The notes: a model not told the origin generated them from the sequence alone. A DNA stretch of 64,000 nucleotides from an uncultured Verrucomicrobiae bacterium (GCA_963765205.1 CAVXVB010000007.1:1-64000), one strand, 5' to 3'. Positions 31,216-41,589 are shown, numbered from the stretch's first letter. Numbers and translations: made by a program.

Positions 31216-33160
31216 CGCTAAAGACTCCACTGCGCGGCCTCCATTTCAAATGGAGTTCGACCCAGGGACGATAAAACATTTGGGCCTCCAGATGTATTCG
31301 ACGCTGCCTCCCGTAATAGGAGAATTAGTTTCTAATGCTTGGGATGCTGACGCTACTCGTGTGGATATTCACATCCCTGTCCAGCCACTAACTGATAAGT
31401 CAGAGATTATTGTCACTGACAATGGAATCGGTATGAGTGACCAAACAATTCGGGCGGCCTATTTGATCGTTGGACGTGACCGTCGCCAAGAGGACGGAAC
31501 CGATGAGACTCCGGGCGGAAGGAAGGTCATGGGCAGAAAAGGCATTGGTAAGTTTTCCGCATTTGGAATTGCCGGTGAGATTGAACTCGAGACGACTCAC
31601 AAGGGCGAAACATCACGTTTTGTGATGAGCCAGAGTGCAATCGAAGCCAGCTCGGCGCAACGTAAACTTCTGATGCCCGCTCTTACGCCGTCAGGGATGG
31701 CAAAAAGGGGAACGCGGGTCGTAATGCGAGGAATCACAAAGTTCCGAACGAAGTGCATAGCGATTGATCACGTACGTCGTGAGCTTGCACGACGGTTCTC
31801 CATTATAGGTGCAGCCAATAATTTTCAAGTGTATGTAAACGGGTCGCCAATAACAGCGACGGAACGTGACCTCACACGCCTTCTCGAACGAGATGTTGAT
31901 GGGGAATTATATCTCTGGAAGTTTGTAGATGAAGAAATCAAGCCCAACACGGGATGGAAGGTATCAGGATGGATTGGTGCTTTAAAACATACTAAACAAC
32001 TGGAAGACGGTATTCAACGAGGGGTGGTAATTATGGCGCGCGGCAAACTGGTCCAGGCTCCTTTTGTTTTTGATGCAGTTGTTGGGCAACAATACGCCTT
32101 CTCTTATATTGTGGGTGAAATCCATGCAGAATTTGTTGACGCAGGCGAAGACACAATTAACACTGCAAGAAATAGCCTCGTCTGGGATACGCCAGCCAAT
32201 GCGGCCCTTAAGGAATGGGGGATGCAAAAAGTGAATGAAACCGCTCGTTTATGGTCGGAGCGCAGACGACTAGACAACGAACGCAAACTCTCGGAGAATC
32301 CACTATACAAAAAATTCACTCAGCAAGCAGACCAATACGGTGACAGGACTGTGAAGCGCATTGCCGATCGGCTCATCAAAAACGTCATCGCAGACAATCC
32401 TATTGCAAATGAAGAATCACAGGAAAAGGCGGTGCAGATTTGCTTGGATTTTATGCAGTTCAACGCTTTTACCGAACTTGCCCGCGAAGTCAGTGACGCC
32501 AAGGTCAACGATGTTGCACGCATTTTGGATTTGTTTAGAGAGTGGGAGGTTGTCGAAGCAAAGGAAATGATGCGTGTAACCGAAGGACGCATTAAAACAA
32601 TCGAAAAGCTCGCTGAGCTTATCCGCACCAATGCATTGGAGGTGCCAACGTTGCACAACTTCCTCAAGGAATTTCCATGGGTGCTCGATCCACGCTGGAC
32701 TCTTGTTGCGGATGAAAAACGATATAGCCAGCTTCTCAGAAAAGAGTTCCCGCAAGAAGCTGAATCGCTTGGTAACGACAGGCGCATTGATTTCTTATGC
32801 GTGCGTGAAAGCACAAGCCTTGTGGTAGTTGAAATCAAACGACCTCAAGCTAAAGCTGGAGAGAAACAGCTTCGGCAAATTGAGAGCTACGTAAATTTTA
32901 TGCGCAGCTATGTTAAACGGACTTCCGACCCGGATTTTCACTTTACTGACGTGATCGGTTACCTTCTGTGCGGCGATGTAGTTGACACAGCGCAGGTCAG
33001 AGGCGTACGGCAAAACTTGGAGCACGCAAAAATTTATGTGCGCAGATACAATGATTTGCTGCGTCTGGTAGAGGCCAATCACAAAGAATTCTTGTCTAGA
33101 TATGATGCGCTCCGAAAAGCGAAAGCTCGTCGTTCGGATGTAAAAACCAAATCAAAATAG
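31196..33160 (+). CDS. GHKL (MORC/MutL/Hsp90-like) ATPase fused to a C-terminal PD-(D/E)XK nuclease; putative restriction component
   Basis: ELVSNAWDADA, VTDNGIGMS, VMGRKGIGKFSAF, GTRV, RGKLVQ, IVGEIHAEFVD, a helical linker, then RIDFLCVRESTSLVVVEIKRP..QIESY. Overlaps the end of dcm; low GC. Confidence 0.85.
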   Translation: MKKQIISAKDSTARPPFQMEFDPGTIKHLGLQMYSTLPPVIGELVSNAWDADATRVDIHIPVQPLTDKSEIIVTDNGIGMSDQTIRAAYLIVGRDRRQEDGTDETPGGRKVMGRKGIGKFSAFGIAGEIELETTHKGETSRFVMSQSAIEASSAQRKLLMPALTPSGMAKRGTRVVMRGITKFRTKCIAIDHVRRELARRFSIIGAANNFQVYVNGSPITATERDLTRLLERDVDGELYLWKFVDEEIKPNTGWKVSGWIGALKHTKQLEDGIQRGVVIMARGKLVQAPFVFDAVVGQQYAFSYIVGEIHAEFVDAGEDTINTARNSLVWDTPANAALKEWGMQKVNETARLWSERRRLDNERKLSENPLYKKFTQQADQYGDRTVKRIADRLIKNVIADNPIANEESQEKAVQICLDFMQFNAFTELAREVSDAKVNDVARILDLFREWEVVEAKEMMRVTEGRIKTIEKLAELIRTNALEVPTLHNFLKEFPWVLDPRWTLVADEKRYSQLLRKEFPQEAESLGNDRRIDFLCVRESTSLVVVEIKRPQAKAGEKQLRQIESYVNFMRSYVKRTSDPDFHFTDVIGYLLCGDVVDTAQVRGVRQNLEHAKIYVRRYNDLLRLVEANHKEFLSRYDALRKAKARRSDVKTKSK

Positions 33161-33171
33161 GCCGATCTCGC

Positions 33172-33606
33172 GTGGTTGATGTTTTCATCCAGTCAAAACG
33201 TTCGGAAGTGATGTCCCGGATACGAGGACGCGACAATAAGTCGACTGAGCTTGTTGTGGCCGCGATGCTTCGTCATCACCACATTACTGGTTGGCGGCGA
33301 CGTTTTTGTCTCTTTGGACGGCCCGATTTCGTATTTCCCAAGCATCGACTTGCTGTTTTTGTCGATGGCTGCTTCTGGCACGGCTGCCCCAAGCATGGCA
33401 CGCAGCCAGCCAGTAATCGGGCGTTCTGGAGAAAGAAGCTGGCCAGGAATAAAGCCCGAGACCGGTTGGTCAATCGGGAACTCCGTAAACGCGGTTGGCA
33501 GGTATTGCGAATCTGGCAGCACGAGCTATTGCGAAAGAACGAAGCACGCTGTCTAAAGCGTATTCGGAAGGCTCTGGCCGCTGTGAGCGTGCGCCCTTCG
33601 CGCTGA
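33172..33606 (+). CDS. vsr: Very short patch repair endonuclease
   Basis: RSEVMSRIRGRDNKSTEL, GRPDFVF, VFVDGCFWHGCPKH, FWRKKLARNKARD and GWQVLRIWQHE. Confidence 0.94.
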   Translation: MVDVFIQSKRSEVMSRIRGRDNKSTELVVAAMLRHHHITGWRRRFCLFGRPDFVFPKHRLAVFVDGCFWHGCPKHGTQPASNRAFWRKKLARNKARDRLVNRELRKRGWQVLRIWQHELLRKNEARCLKRIRKALAAVSVRPSR

Positions 33607-33665
33607 CTTTTATCCGTGCCCATCCGCGTTATCCGTGGTTCAATAATTTTCCGGACTTGCCCACC

Positions 33666-34671
33666 ATGCCCTTCCCCATCCAAGCCCTGCGTTATGAACG
33701 GGACCGGATTGCCTGCGGAGGTGATTGAGGCTGTCGTGCTGGATTTGCCCGCGCCGGGGGCGGGGGAGGCGTTGGTCGCGCTGCGGTGCGCGGCGATTCA
33801 TTACTCGGACTTGGGCTTGATTAACGGCACTTACGGGAAGACGCGGAGTTTGCCGGCGGTCGCCGGGCGCGAGGCGGTCGGCGAGGTTGTCGCGCTGGGG
33901 CCGGGCGTCGCGGAGCCGGCCATCGGGGCGCTCGTGAGAATGCCGGAGGAGGCGGGGGTGTGGCGCGAGGCGGTCGTGGCGCGGGCGGCGGAGCTGTGCC
34001 CGATTCCGCCGGGCGTGCCGGTCGAGCAGGCGGCGCTGGCCTTCATCAACCCGCCGACGGCGTGGCGGCTGCTGCGCGACTTTGTCCCGCTCGAGCGGGG
34101 CGACTGGCTGGCGCAAAACGCCGGCACCTCGGCGGTCGGCGTGCTCGTCGCGCAACTGGCGCGGCATTTGGGCTATCACTGTCTCAGCGTGGTGCGCGAC
34201 GTTGCGGCGGCGGAAAAAGATTTGCGCGCGGCGGGCGCGGCGGCGGTCGTCGCGGAGGATTTGGGCTACGAAAAAGATCCCGCGCGGTGGACGGGCGGCG
34301 CGCCGGTCAAGCTGGCCTTGAACGCGGTGGGCGGCGAAAGCGTTGGCCGCCTGTGCCGGGCCGTCGCGCCCGGCGGCGTGGTGGTGACTTATGGCGGCGT
34401 GAGCGCGGAGCCGCTGCGCTTCCCGACGCGGTATTTGATTTTCAACGACATCCAGTTGCGCGGGTTCTGGCTCGACCGCTGGCTGCGCGCACAGCCGTCG
34501 GAAGTCGGGCACGCGATGATGGATGAATTTTTTCAACTGATGCGCGACGGCGTGCTGGCGCAGCCCGTCGCCGCGCGCTACCCGTTGCGCGAATGGCGCG
34601 CGGCGCTCGACCACGCCTTCCGCGCCGGCAAAGGCGGCAAGGTGCTGTTCGAGAGCCACTGGCGGCCGTAA
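33666..34671 (+). CDS. 2-enoyl thioester reductase-like MDR oxidoreductase; probable extra G near 33699
   Basis: MPFPIQALRYE(R)TGLPAEV joins with a one-base correction. Motifs IHYSDL..GTYG, INPPTAWRLL, QNAGTSAVG, LALNAVGG and LRGFWL. Confidence 0.85.
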
Positions 34672-34801
34672 AGGGTTAAGAATTCACCGCCAAGGCGCGA
34701 AGAGCGCCAAGGGATTTTTTTTGACAGAATTTACAAAAATTGACAGAGCTTATTCTTGGCGTTCTTCGCGCCTTTGCGGTGAACCAAGCCGCCTCCGGCC
34801 C

Positions 34802-35320
34802 ATGTTCTCCACCCTCCCCGGCAAAATCACCGCGCGCTTCCAGGCGCCTGCCGCCGCGCCGCCGGGCCGCGCGACCCTGGTCCTGTTGATGACGGTGCTG
34901 CTCTTCGCGGTCGCCAACGCCTACCGCCATCCCCCCGCGCTGGTGGCCGGGCTGGATGAATCCACCGCCAAGGCCGTGCAGAACTCCCGTTACGTGGACG
35001 ATCTGTTCACCAAATACACCACCTGGCCCGCGCCGGGGAACCTCCTGCTGCGCTTCAAAGGCTACGACTATTCGCACGACGTCCTGCAACCCGCGTCCAC
35101 CTTCGAGTATATCCGCGCCTCCTACGCCGTGTATCCCAAGCGCGTTTACGTAGCGGATGACGCCACGCTCATCCCGCAGGCCGCGACCGGTGATCCTTTT
35201 CCCGCCTTTGACCCGGCGCCCGCCTGGCTCGACGCGCACCACGTCACGGGCCTCATCATCGTCGAGCAGACGGCCGACGGCGGCACGCGCTATTACCTGG
35301 TGCCGCGCACCAAGCCCTAA
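34802..35320 (+). CDS. Hypothetical membrane-anchored protein, probably co-transcribed with the downstream glycosyltransferase
   Basis: Single transmembrane segment LVLLMTVLLFAVA; 5-bp gap to the next gene. Confidence 0.6.
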   Translation: MFSTLPGKITARFQAPAAAPPGRATLVLLMTVLLFAVANAYRHPPALVAGLDESTAKAVQNSRYVDDLFTKYTTWPAPGNLLLRFKGYDYSHDVLQPASTFEYIRASYAVYPKRVYVADDATLIPQAATGDPFPAFDPAPAWLDAHHVTGLIIVEQTADGGTRYYLVPRTKP

Positions 35321-35325
35321 CCGCC

Positions 35326-36717
35326 ATGCCCTTGCTCTGCACCGCCGCCTACCTCGGCCTCTTGTTGCTGGCCGGCTATGTTTTGCTGAGCCTTTTGCTG
35401 GGCCGCGCGCAACGGCGCCTGGTGGAAATCGTCGCCCTCTCCGGGATGCTCGGCGGCGCGGCGCTGCCGTTTTTGCTGTTCTGGCTCTCGCTGGCGGGCG
35501 TGCCACCCAGCCGTGCCGCGCTCGCGCTCATTTTTCTGGCCGCTCTGGCCGCGCTTTATCCCCTTTGGCGCTGGCGCGGGCTGGTCACGCCCACCCGGTC
35601 GGCGCCCCGGCTGGCGAAGGCGGACTGGCTGCTGGCGCCCTCGTTTATCCTGGCCGGCTGGTCGCTCTACACGGTCACCGCCCTCGCCTACAAATATCCG
35701 CTGGTGGAATGGGACGCCGTATCCACCTGGGGCTTCAAGGCGAAAGTGCTGAGCCTTGCCGCGATGCCCAACCTCGGCGATTATTTCCATGATTACTCGC
35801 TGAACTTTTCACACCTTGATTATCCCCTGCTGGTGCCCTTTCTGACGGCGGGCGAATATGCCGCCCTTGGGGAAGTGAACGACATCGCCGGCAAGAGCGG
35901 GGTGCTGTTTTTGTTCTGGTGCTACGCGTTGTTTATTTACGCGGCGGTGCGCCCGATGCTGCCCCGCTGCGCGGCCGGGGCCGTGGCCGCGCTGGCCGTG
36001 AGCGCGCCTGTGGTATTGCGCTGGGCCGCGCCGGGCACCGCCGACATGCCGCTGGCGATTTTCTATGCCGGCAGCGCCTATTACCTCACCCGCTGGATTG
36101 TTGGTGGCGCGGCGGGTGACGCCTGGCTGGCCGACATTTTCAGCGCTGCGTGTTTCTTCACCAAGAATGAAGGCATCGCGCTGGCCATCATCAACCTCGT
36201 GGTCGCTGCGGCCCTCGGTTGGAAAAGCCGCCCGCGCCCGCGCTACTTTCGCGAACTGGGCGGGCCCGCTCTTGTTGGCCTGCTCGTCCTGATGCCGTGG
36301 ATTATTTTCCGCCATTCGCTGCCGCACATTGACGAGAATTATCCCGGCCACCTGACGCCCGCTAACATCACGGCCAATCTCGGGCGCGTGCCCTTGCTGC
36401 TCGGGCGTTTTTATAATTGGATGTTCCTCGATCCTGACAGCAATTACTTTTGGCAACTCGCCCTCGGCGCGCTCGTCATCGGCCTCTGCACGCGCGCCTC
36501 CGCGGCGGCCTATGTTTTGCTCCTGCTATTGCTCGCGCAACTCGCGGCCTACCTCCTCGCCTACGTTATCACCCCGCTGCCGCTGGACGATTTGGTCTTC
36601 GTGACGTTGAAGCGACTCTTGCTCCACGCCCTGCCCGTGGCCGTTTTCATTTTCGCCTTCAGCTTCTCCAAAATTTTGCCCAGCGCTGAGACACCGCCGC
36701 CGCCCGCTACGGGGTGA
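35326..36717 (+). CDS. Polytopic membrane protein, GT-C-fold glycosyltransferase-like
   Basis: Many transmembrane helices with loop motifs EWDAVSTWGFKAK, HLDYPLLVP, TADMPLA and FTKNEG. Confidence 0.65.
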   Translation: MPLLCTAAYLGLLLLAGYVLLSLLLGRAQRRLVEIVALSGMLGGAALPFLLFWLSLAGVPPSRAALALIFLAALAALYPLWRWRGLVTPTRSAPRLAKADWLLAPSFILAGWSLYTVTALAYKYPLVEWDAVSTWGFKAKVLSLAAMPNLGDYFHDYSLNFSHLDYPLLVPFLTAGEYAALGEVNDIAGKSGVLFLFWCYALFIYAAVRPMLPRCAAGAVAALAVSAPVVLRWAAPGTADMPLAIFYAGSAYYLTRWIVGGAAGDAWLADIFSAACFFTKNEGIALAIINLVVAAALGWKSRPRPRYFRELGGPALVGLLVLMPWIIFRHSLPHIDENYPGHLTPANITANLGRVPLLLGRFYNWMFLDPDSNYFWQLALGALVIGLCTRASAAAYVLLLLLLAQLAAYLLAYVITPLPLDDLVFVTLKRLLLHALPVAVFIFAFSFSKILPSAETPPPPATG

Positions 36718-36732
36718 AACGGTCCGCCTCCT

Positions 36733-37206
36733 TCACGCCTTTCCGCACTGCGGGCACACCCCGTAAAATTGCAGTTCGTGGTAAACCTCGCGGAAGCCGG
36801 TGCGCCGGCCTACTGCGCGCTCCAGCTTTTCCACCGGGCATTTCATCGGGAGCGCCGCGACATCACCACATTCGCGGCAGACGACGTAATCGTGGTGGTG
36901 GGCGCGATGCAAAGCGAAGTGCGCAGCGCGCTCGTGCAGGCCGATGCGTCGCACCAGCCCGATGGCCTCCAGGCGCTGCAGCAGGCGGTAGAGCGTGGCC
37001 GGGTCGCACGCGCCGCGGATGCCGCGCGCCTGCTGCAAATCGCCGATGCTCACCGGCTCGTCCCGCCCGTGCAGCACGGCGAGGACGCGCTCGAGTAGAT
37101 GTGTGCGCCGCAATCCGGCCGCGCGGCAGGCCGCCAAGAGCGCGGCGGGGGTGCCCGGCGGGCCGGGCGAAGATCCGCCGGATTCAGATTTATGCGCGTG
37201 CGCCAT
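36733..37206 (-). CDS. Fur/Zur-family transcriptional regulator
   Basis: ATLYRLLQRLE helix-turn-helix, HHHDYVVCRECG and FYGVCPQC. Confidence 0.88.
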   Translation of the reverse strand: MAHAHKSESGGSSPGPPGTPAALLAACRAAGLRRTHLLERVLAVLHGRDEPVSIGDLQQARGIRGACDPATLYRLLQRLEAIGLVRRIGLHERAAHFALHRAHHHDYVVCRECGDVAALPMKCPVEKLERAVGRRTGFREVYHELQFYGVCPQCGKA

Positions 37207-37247
37207 GGGCGCATTCTAGCACAACGCGCCGCGCAAAAAAGATTAAA

Positions 37248-38084
37248 TCACCGGACGCGATTGGCACCGGCGCGCGGGCCAGCGGCGGTGGTGCCGCCCC
37301 CCCTGGCCCATTCCTCGTCCCAATTGCCCTGCTTAAAAATATCCGCCGAGGAGCACCATTCCTGGATGAGAAAATTATTGCTGTCATACACGCGCAGCCA
37401 AATGGCGGTAAGCTGGTCGGTCTCCGCGTGGGCGTTGGGCGCGGTGGGGAAATACGCGCCGCGGGCCTGAAAGGCCTGCATGTCCAGTTGGTCGGTCAGG
37501 ATGCTCTTGGTCGCCGAGGCGCCCGCTTCGTCCACCGGCAGGGTCTGGGAATGCAGTTCGAGGGCGAGGTTGTAGTTGCCGGAAATATCCGGCACGAGCG
37601 GCGTCTTGAACACCACGCAGCGCACGCGCAGGTTCGTGAACTTCATGATGGTTTCGTTTTTCAAATTGATTTTGTAGGCCGCCTTCCAACTGACCCGCAC
37701 GCCATTGGTGATGTTGGTCGTGGCCTCGCCCGCATTGACAGGGAAGGCGGTGATGGTGAAGACCGGATGGCCGCGGGCGACCCGTTGCTGGATTTGGCTT
37801 TCGAGTATGTAGGCTTGGTCGGCGGCGCTGAAGTAGGCCAGGGGTTCGCTCCACGAGTGACCGTCCGCGCGCTGTAAATTTACATTGTCGCCGCCGATGC
37901 TCACCACTGTCGCCTGCACCGGGTTGCCCTGCGGATCCGTGAAGGTATGCAACTCCGACGTGACTGCCGCGCTCGCACCAGGTGCCGCCGGCGAGTTGGA
38001 GGTGAGCCAAACGGCCAGCGCCAAGGCCGCGCCCAGCCGCCAAAGACAATGGCCATTCCTGCGCTGCGGGCGGGTCCGGGGCAT
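37248..38084 (-). CDS. Exported SHD1-like domain protein (paralog A)
   Basis: Signal peptide and HTFTDPQG..VQA..V.L.RADG..PL..FSAADQAYI. The C-terminus AIWLRVYDSNN..IQEWCS is shared with paralog B. Confidence 0.65.
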   Translation of the reverse strand: MPRTRPQRRNGHCLWRLGAALALAVWLTSNSPAAPGASAAVTSELHTFTDPQGNPVQATVVSIGGDNVNLQRADGHSWSEPLAYFSAADQAYILESQIQQRVARGHPVFTITAFPVNAGEATTNITNGVRVSWKAAYKINLKNETIMKFTNLRVRCVVFKTPLVPDISGNYNLALELHSQTLPVDEAGASATKSILTDQLDMQAFQARGAYFPTAPNAHAETDQLTAIWLRVYDSNNFLIQEWCSSADIFKQGNWDEEWARGGGTTAAGPRAGANRVR

Positions 38085-38170
38085 GCGCGCCAAACTACTC
38101 TTTCCGGTCCGCTTCGTAAAGGGGAAATGTTGCCTGGGTGGCGGCGGAATCCGCCCCGCCCGCCCACCGG

Positions 38171-38917
38171 CTACTTGCCGTTTGTCGCTCCAAGGTTTGC
38201 TGCCTCGGTGATTTCTCGGCCCGACGCATCCACATTGGTAATCAAATTGCCCTTGTCCCAACTCTCAAATTGCAGGATGTCAGGCGTCGAACAATATTCC
38301 TGCACGATGCTGCCGTCACTGCTGTAAATCCGCACCCAGATGGCCAGCGGCGCGTCGCGGTTCGTCAAGGGAATGGAATTAAAAGTAATCGTCCCATTCG
38401 GGGAAATGGGCTTAAGGGTGCTTTGCCCGGTGAGGCGCGGCAAGGGGAACTGGACGATTTTGCCGCCGGTGCCCGGGAGCCGGAAGAGAACATAGCTCGC
38501 GGTCAACCCCGTCAATGATTTGGTGCTGAGATTCTTTAAGGACAGCTTGAAACTTTGCGGGCCACCCTGCCGTGCTGCGCCGACGGCGCGGTTGGGCGTC
38601 GCAGAAATCTGCAGCGCGCTCGCAGCCAGTAGATCCGCCTGGCTCTGGGCTTTGGCCCATTGCAAAATATAGGCCTGATCCGCCGCGGCAAAATCGGAAA
38701 TTTTCGTATGGATGGTATAGCCGGCCCCGTTCACCAGATACACATCCGGATTGGCGACGCGCAATAGGTTGGCTTGCAGCGTGCGGCCCAGATTATCCGT
38801 GAAAGTATGCGGCGGAGGGGTCACATCCGTAGCCGCCGCCCATCCGCTCTGATTCAAAAAAATAACCACCACGAACACACCTAGCCACGAGCCAGCCCGA
38901 TGCAGTAAGATGTGCAT
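38171..38917 (-). CDS. Exported SHD1-like domain protein (paralog B)
   Basis: HTFTDNLGRTLQA..ISDFAAADQAYILQW and AIWVRIYSSDG.IVQEYCS. Confidence 0.65.
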   Translation of the reverse strand: MHILLHRAGSWLGVFVVVIFLNQSGWAAATDVTPPPHTFTDNLGRTLQANLLRVANPDVYLVNGAGYTIHTKISDFAAADQAYILQWAKAQSQADLLAASALQISATPNRAVGAARQGGPQSFKLSLKNLSTKSLTGLTASYVLFRLPGTGGKIVQFPLPRLTGQSTLKPISPNGTITFNSIPLTNRDAPLAIWVRIYSSDGSIVQEYCSTPDILQFESWDKGNLITNVDASGREITEAANLGATNGK

Positions 38918-39486
38918 CTTCCACCGCCGCTTGTTAGCGGCGTGAAGGTTACATAGGGCCTTCATTGGGGATGGGTATTTATTATCAACACGCTTTCTGG
39001 ATGATAACCGGGTGGTTGAGGCGTGTTGGTTTGAGTCTGATACTAGCGGTCACCTGTTTTTTTGCAATAAAAGTTTCACCCTAGAAAGGGGGGGGGGGGA
39101 ACCCTGTAGTTCGATCGGTGCAGAGTTTGAGGTTCCCTCACGATTTTTTCGTGGTGCGGTAGCGGCGCTCTTTTTTAAGCTCGGCTTACTTATTCTCATT
39201 CAGTAGTTTACAAAATCCTGACGCCGGCCAGTCTGCCCAAGCGGATGAGCGGCGAGCAATTTTTAAGTACAAGGACTGGCTTCCCATGAGGATGCCACCA
39301 CAGAAATAGATAACGTGGCCAACAGGCAGGAACGATCCATCCTGGAACAGGGTGCATTTCGTGATGCTGAGCTGCTCAGGCGCTGCAAAGGGGAGGATGG
39401 TGAGGCCATATGGGCCAAGGTTTCGCACCCGCAAAATTTTTCGAGTCGCGCATTGTTTTGGATTATGCATAAAGTGGCCTACCCCC

Positions 39487-41430
39487 ATGAGCGACCAAAG
39501 ACCCCAAATCATTTTTCTGGCCAATGGGCTGAACGGGGGCGGCGCGGAACGGTCTTTATTGGAGATTTTTCACGCGGTGGACAGGCAGCGCTTCAATCCG
39601 GTCCTGTGGCGACTGGGCCCGTTGAATATGTATCCGGAATATTTGACGCCAGCCGACTCAACGGAAGTCCTGCCGAAGTTGCCGAAGGACCCCGAAACGA
39701 CCGCCCGCGTGAAACACATTGGCGCCATGCTCCCGCCCCACCTGCTGAAGGCCGAGGTGCATGAACTGGTGGCCGATGCCCTCCGGATTTTTGACCGGTT
39801 GCAGCCGGTGGTGCGGGCGGCGGCCAGCCCCGTCATCCTGGTCAGTTCCCAATCGAGCATGAATATCCGCGCCGCCATCCTGCAATGGCTGTGCGCCCAC
39901 CGCGTGCCAGTCGTCTACATCGAACAGAACGAGCCCTATGTTCGATATTTAATTGGCGAGAGTAACAAAGCGAGAACACTGCATTGGACCCGGATCCGCG
40001 AAACTTATCCACAAGCGACCTGCGTGGTGGCCGTCTCGCGCGCGGTGAAAGCCAGCCTGCAGGACCGCTTTGGGATTGCCCCCCAGCGGATCGCCGTCAT
40101 CCCCAACCCGGTCAACCTCGAAAAATTGCGGACCGCGCGGTCCACCCCACGCCCCCCACATCCCTTTTATCACGCCAACAGCCCGGTGGTGATTTGCGTG
40201 GCCCGCTTCTCCCCCCAGAAGAATCACCAGATGCTGCTCCGCAGCCTGGCGCTGGCCAGGAAGGAACTTCCCCTGAAGCTCATCTTGCTGGGCCATGGCG
40301 AACTGAAGGACGCCATCCAACGATCCATTCGGGAAATGGGCCTGGACGAGGCGGTGGCCTTGGTGGATTTTCACCCGGAGCCGTTTTCCTTGATTGCCCA
40401 TGCTGATGTGCTGGCGCTGGCTTCCTATTGTGAGGGACACCCCTTGGCCCTGCTGGAAGCCCTGGCCTGCGGCGTGCCGGTGGTGTCCACGAATTGGGCG
40501 GGCGCCCGCGAAATCATTGACGACGGCGCCAACGGGGTGATTTGCGACATGAACGATCACGCCCTGGCCGCCGGCCTCCTGGCCGGCCTCCACCTGGCCA
40601 AGTCGTCGGCCACCTCGGCCGTGGCGCAGGCCTCCGTGGAACGATTTGCCGTCTCCACGATTGCCCGAAAATATGAAAGCCTCTTCGAAAAGATTATCCG
40701 CGAGGACACGCCCGGCCCATCCTTCACGGAGGCGCCGACGCCCTGCTGCCGGCTCGAGATTCTGGCCTTATATTACAACGTCCCCCATTCGGTCATTGCG
40801 GAACTGGCCCGCCTGCCCCACGATCAGCGCAAGGAACGGTGCTGGCGCCAGGGAATTGATCCGCACATCTTTCGCACCATGCTGGATTATACCCGTTATC
40901 CCGAGGCGGCCCGCATTTACCGGGAGTTGGTCGCGCTGGGCGAAGTGGTCGGGCAGTTGGCGGTTTTGGATTTTGGCTGCCTGGTCGCGGACTATGCCCT
41001 GTATTTTGCGAGGCTGGGGGCCACGCTTGCCATCTACGACACGGCTGAAGCGACGAATTTCGCCCTTTTTCGATTCACCTTGGAAAAGCTCCGGACGCAA
41101 GCGTTCACGATTCCTACCGATTATGGCGCCATGATGGCCGGCCGGGATCTGGTCATTTTTGGCGAAGTCCTCGAACACATGGAAAACCCGCTGGCGGCTC
41201 TGCAGGCCTGCGCCGCCCAGTCCGTGAAATACATTTTCACCTCCTGTTTTCCCTTCGGCAATGAGAAATACTTTTCCTTGAGCGGGCATTCCAAGGCCGC
41301 CCAAGCCCAGCAGCCCGCCTGCGTGGAATTGCTGAACGCGCACTACGAAAACCGGCCGTTGCGCCAGCGCGCGGTCCTTTGGCGGCGAAAGCAGGATATC
41401 GCCCCGCAGGCGACCCAGAGTGCCGGCTAA
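39487..41430 (+). CDS. GT4 glycosyltransferase fused to a C-terminal class I SAM-methyltransferase-like domain
   Basis: GGGAERS, VAVSRAV, VIPNPV, VARFSPQKN and SYCEGHPLALLEALACGVPVVST, followed by VLDFGC and FGEVLEHMENP. Confidence 0.82.
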   Translation: MSDQRPQIIFLANGLNGGGAERSLLEIFHAVDRQRFNPVLWRLGPLNMYPEYLTPADSTEVLPKLPKDPETTARVKHIGAMLPPHLLKAEVHELVADALRIFDRLQPVVRAAASPVILVSSQSSMNIRAAILQWLCAHRVPVVYIEQNEPYVRYLIGESNKARTLHWTRIRETYPQATCVVAVSRAVKASLQDRFGIAPQRIAVIPNPVNLEKLRTARSTPRPPHPFYHANSPVVICVARFSPQKNHQMLLRSLALARKELPLKLILLGHGELKDAIQRSIREMGLDEAVALVDFHPEPFSLIAHADVLALASYCEGHPLALLEALACGVPVVSTNWAGAREIIDDGANGVICDMNDHALAAGLLAGLHLAKSSATSAVAQASVERFAVSTIARKYESLFEKIIREDTPGPSFTEAPTPCCRLEILALYYNVPHSVIAELARLPHDQRKERCWRQGIDPHIFRTMLDYTRYPEAARIYRELVALGEVVGQLAVLDFGCLVADYALYFARLGATLAIYDTAEATNFALFRFTLEKLRTQAFTIPTDYGAMMAGRDLVIFGEVLEHMENPLAALQACAAQSVKYIFTSCFPFGNEKYFSLSGHSKAAQAQQPACVELLNAHYENRPLRQRAVLWRRKQDIAPQATQSAG

Positions 41431-41589
41431 ACCCCGCGCGGCGAATGAAGCGCACCATCTATCCTGCAACGGCTAGTAGATTGCCGGGCTTGCTTTTTGC
41501 CCCAAAACATGTTTTTTTAACCATTCCGTGCTAAGCGATTGTTAATAAGTCGTTAAAACACAGCCATCAACCAACCCTCCCGCCACGCC

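Noticed and set aside
39186..39486. Small ORFs upstream of the GT4 gene
   Set aside because: No recognisable motifs and conflicting frames; unsupported without a database search.
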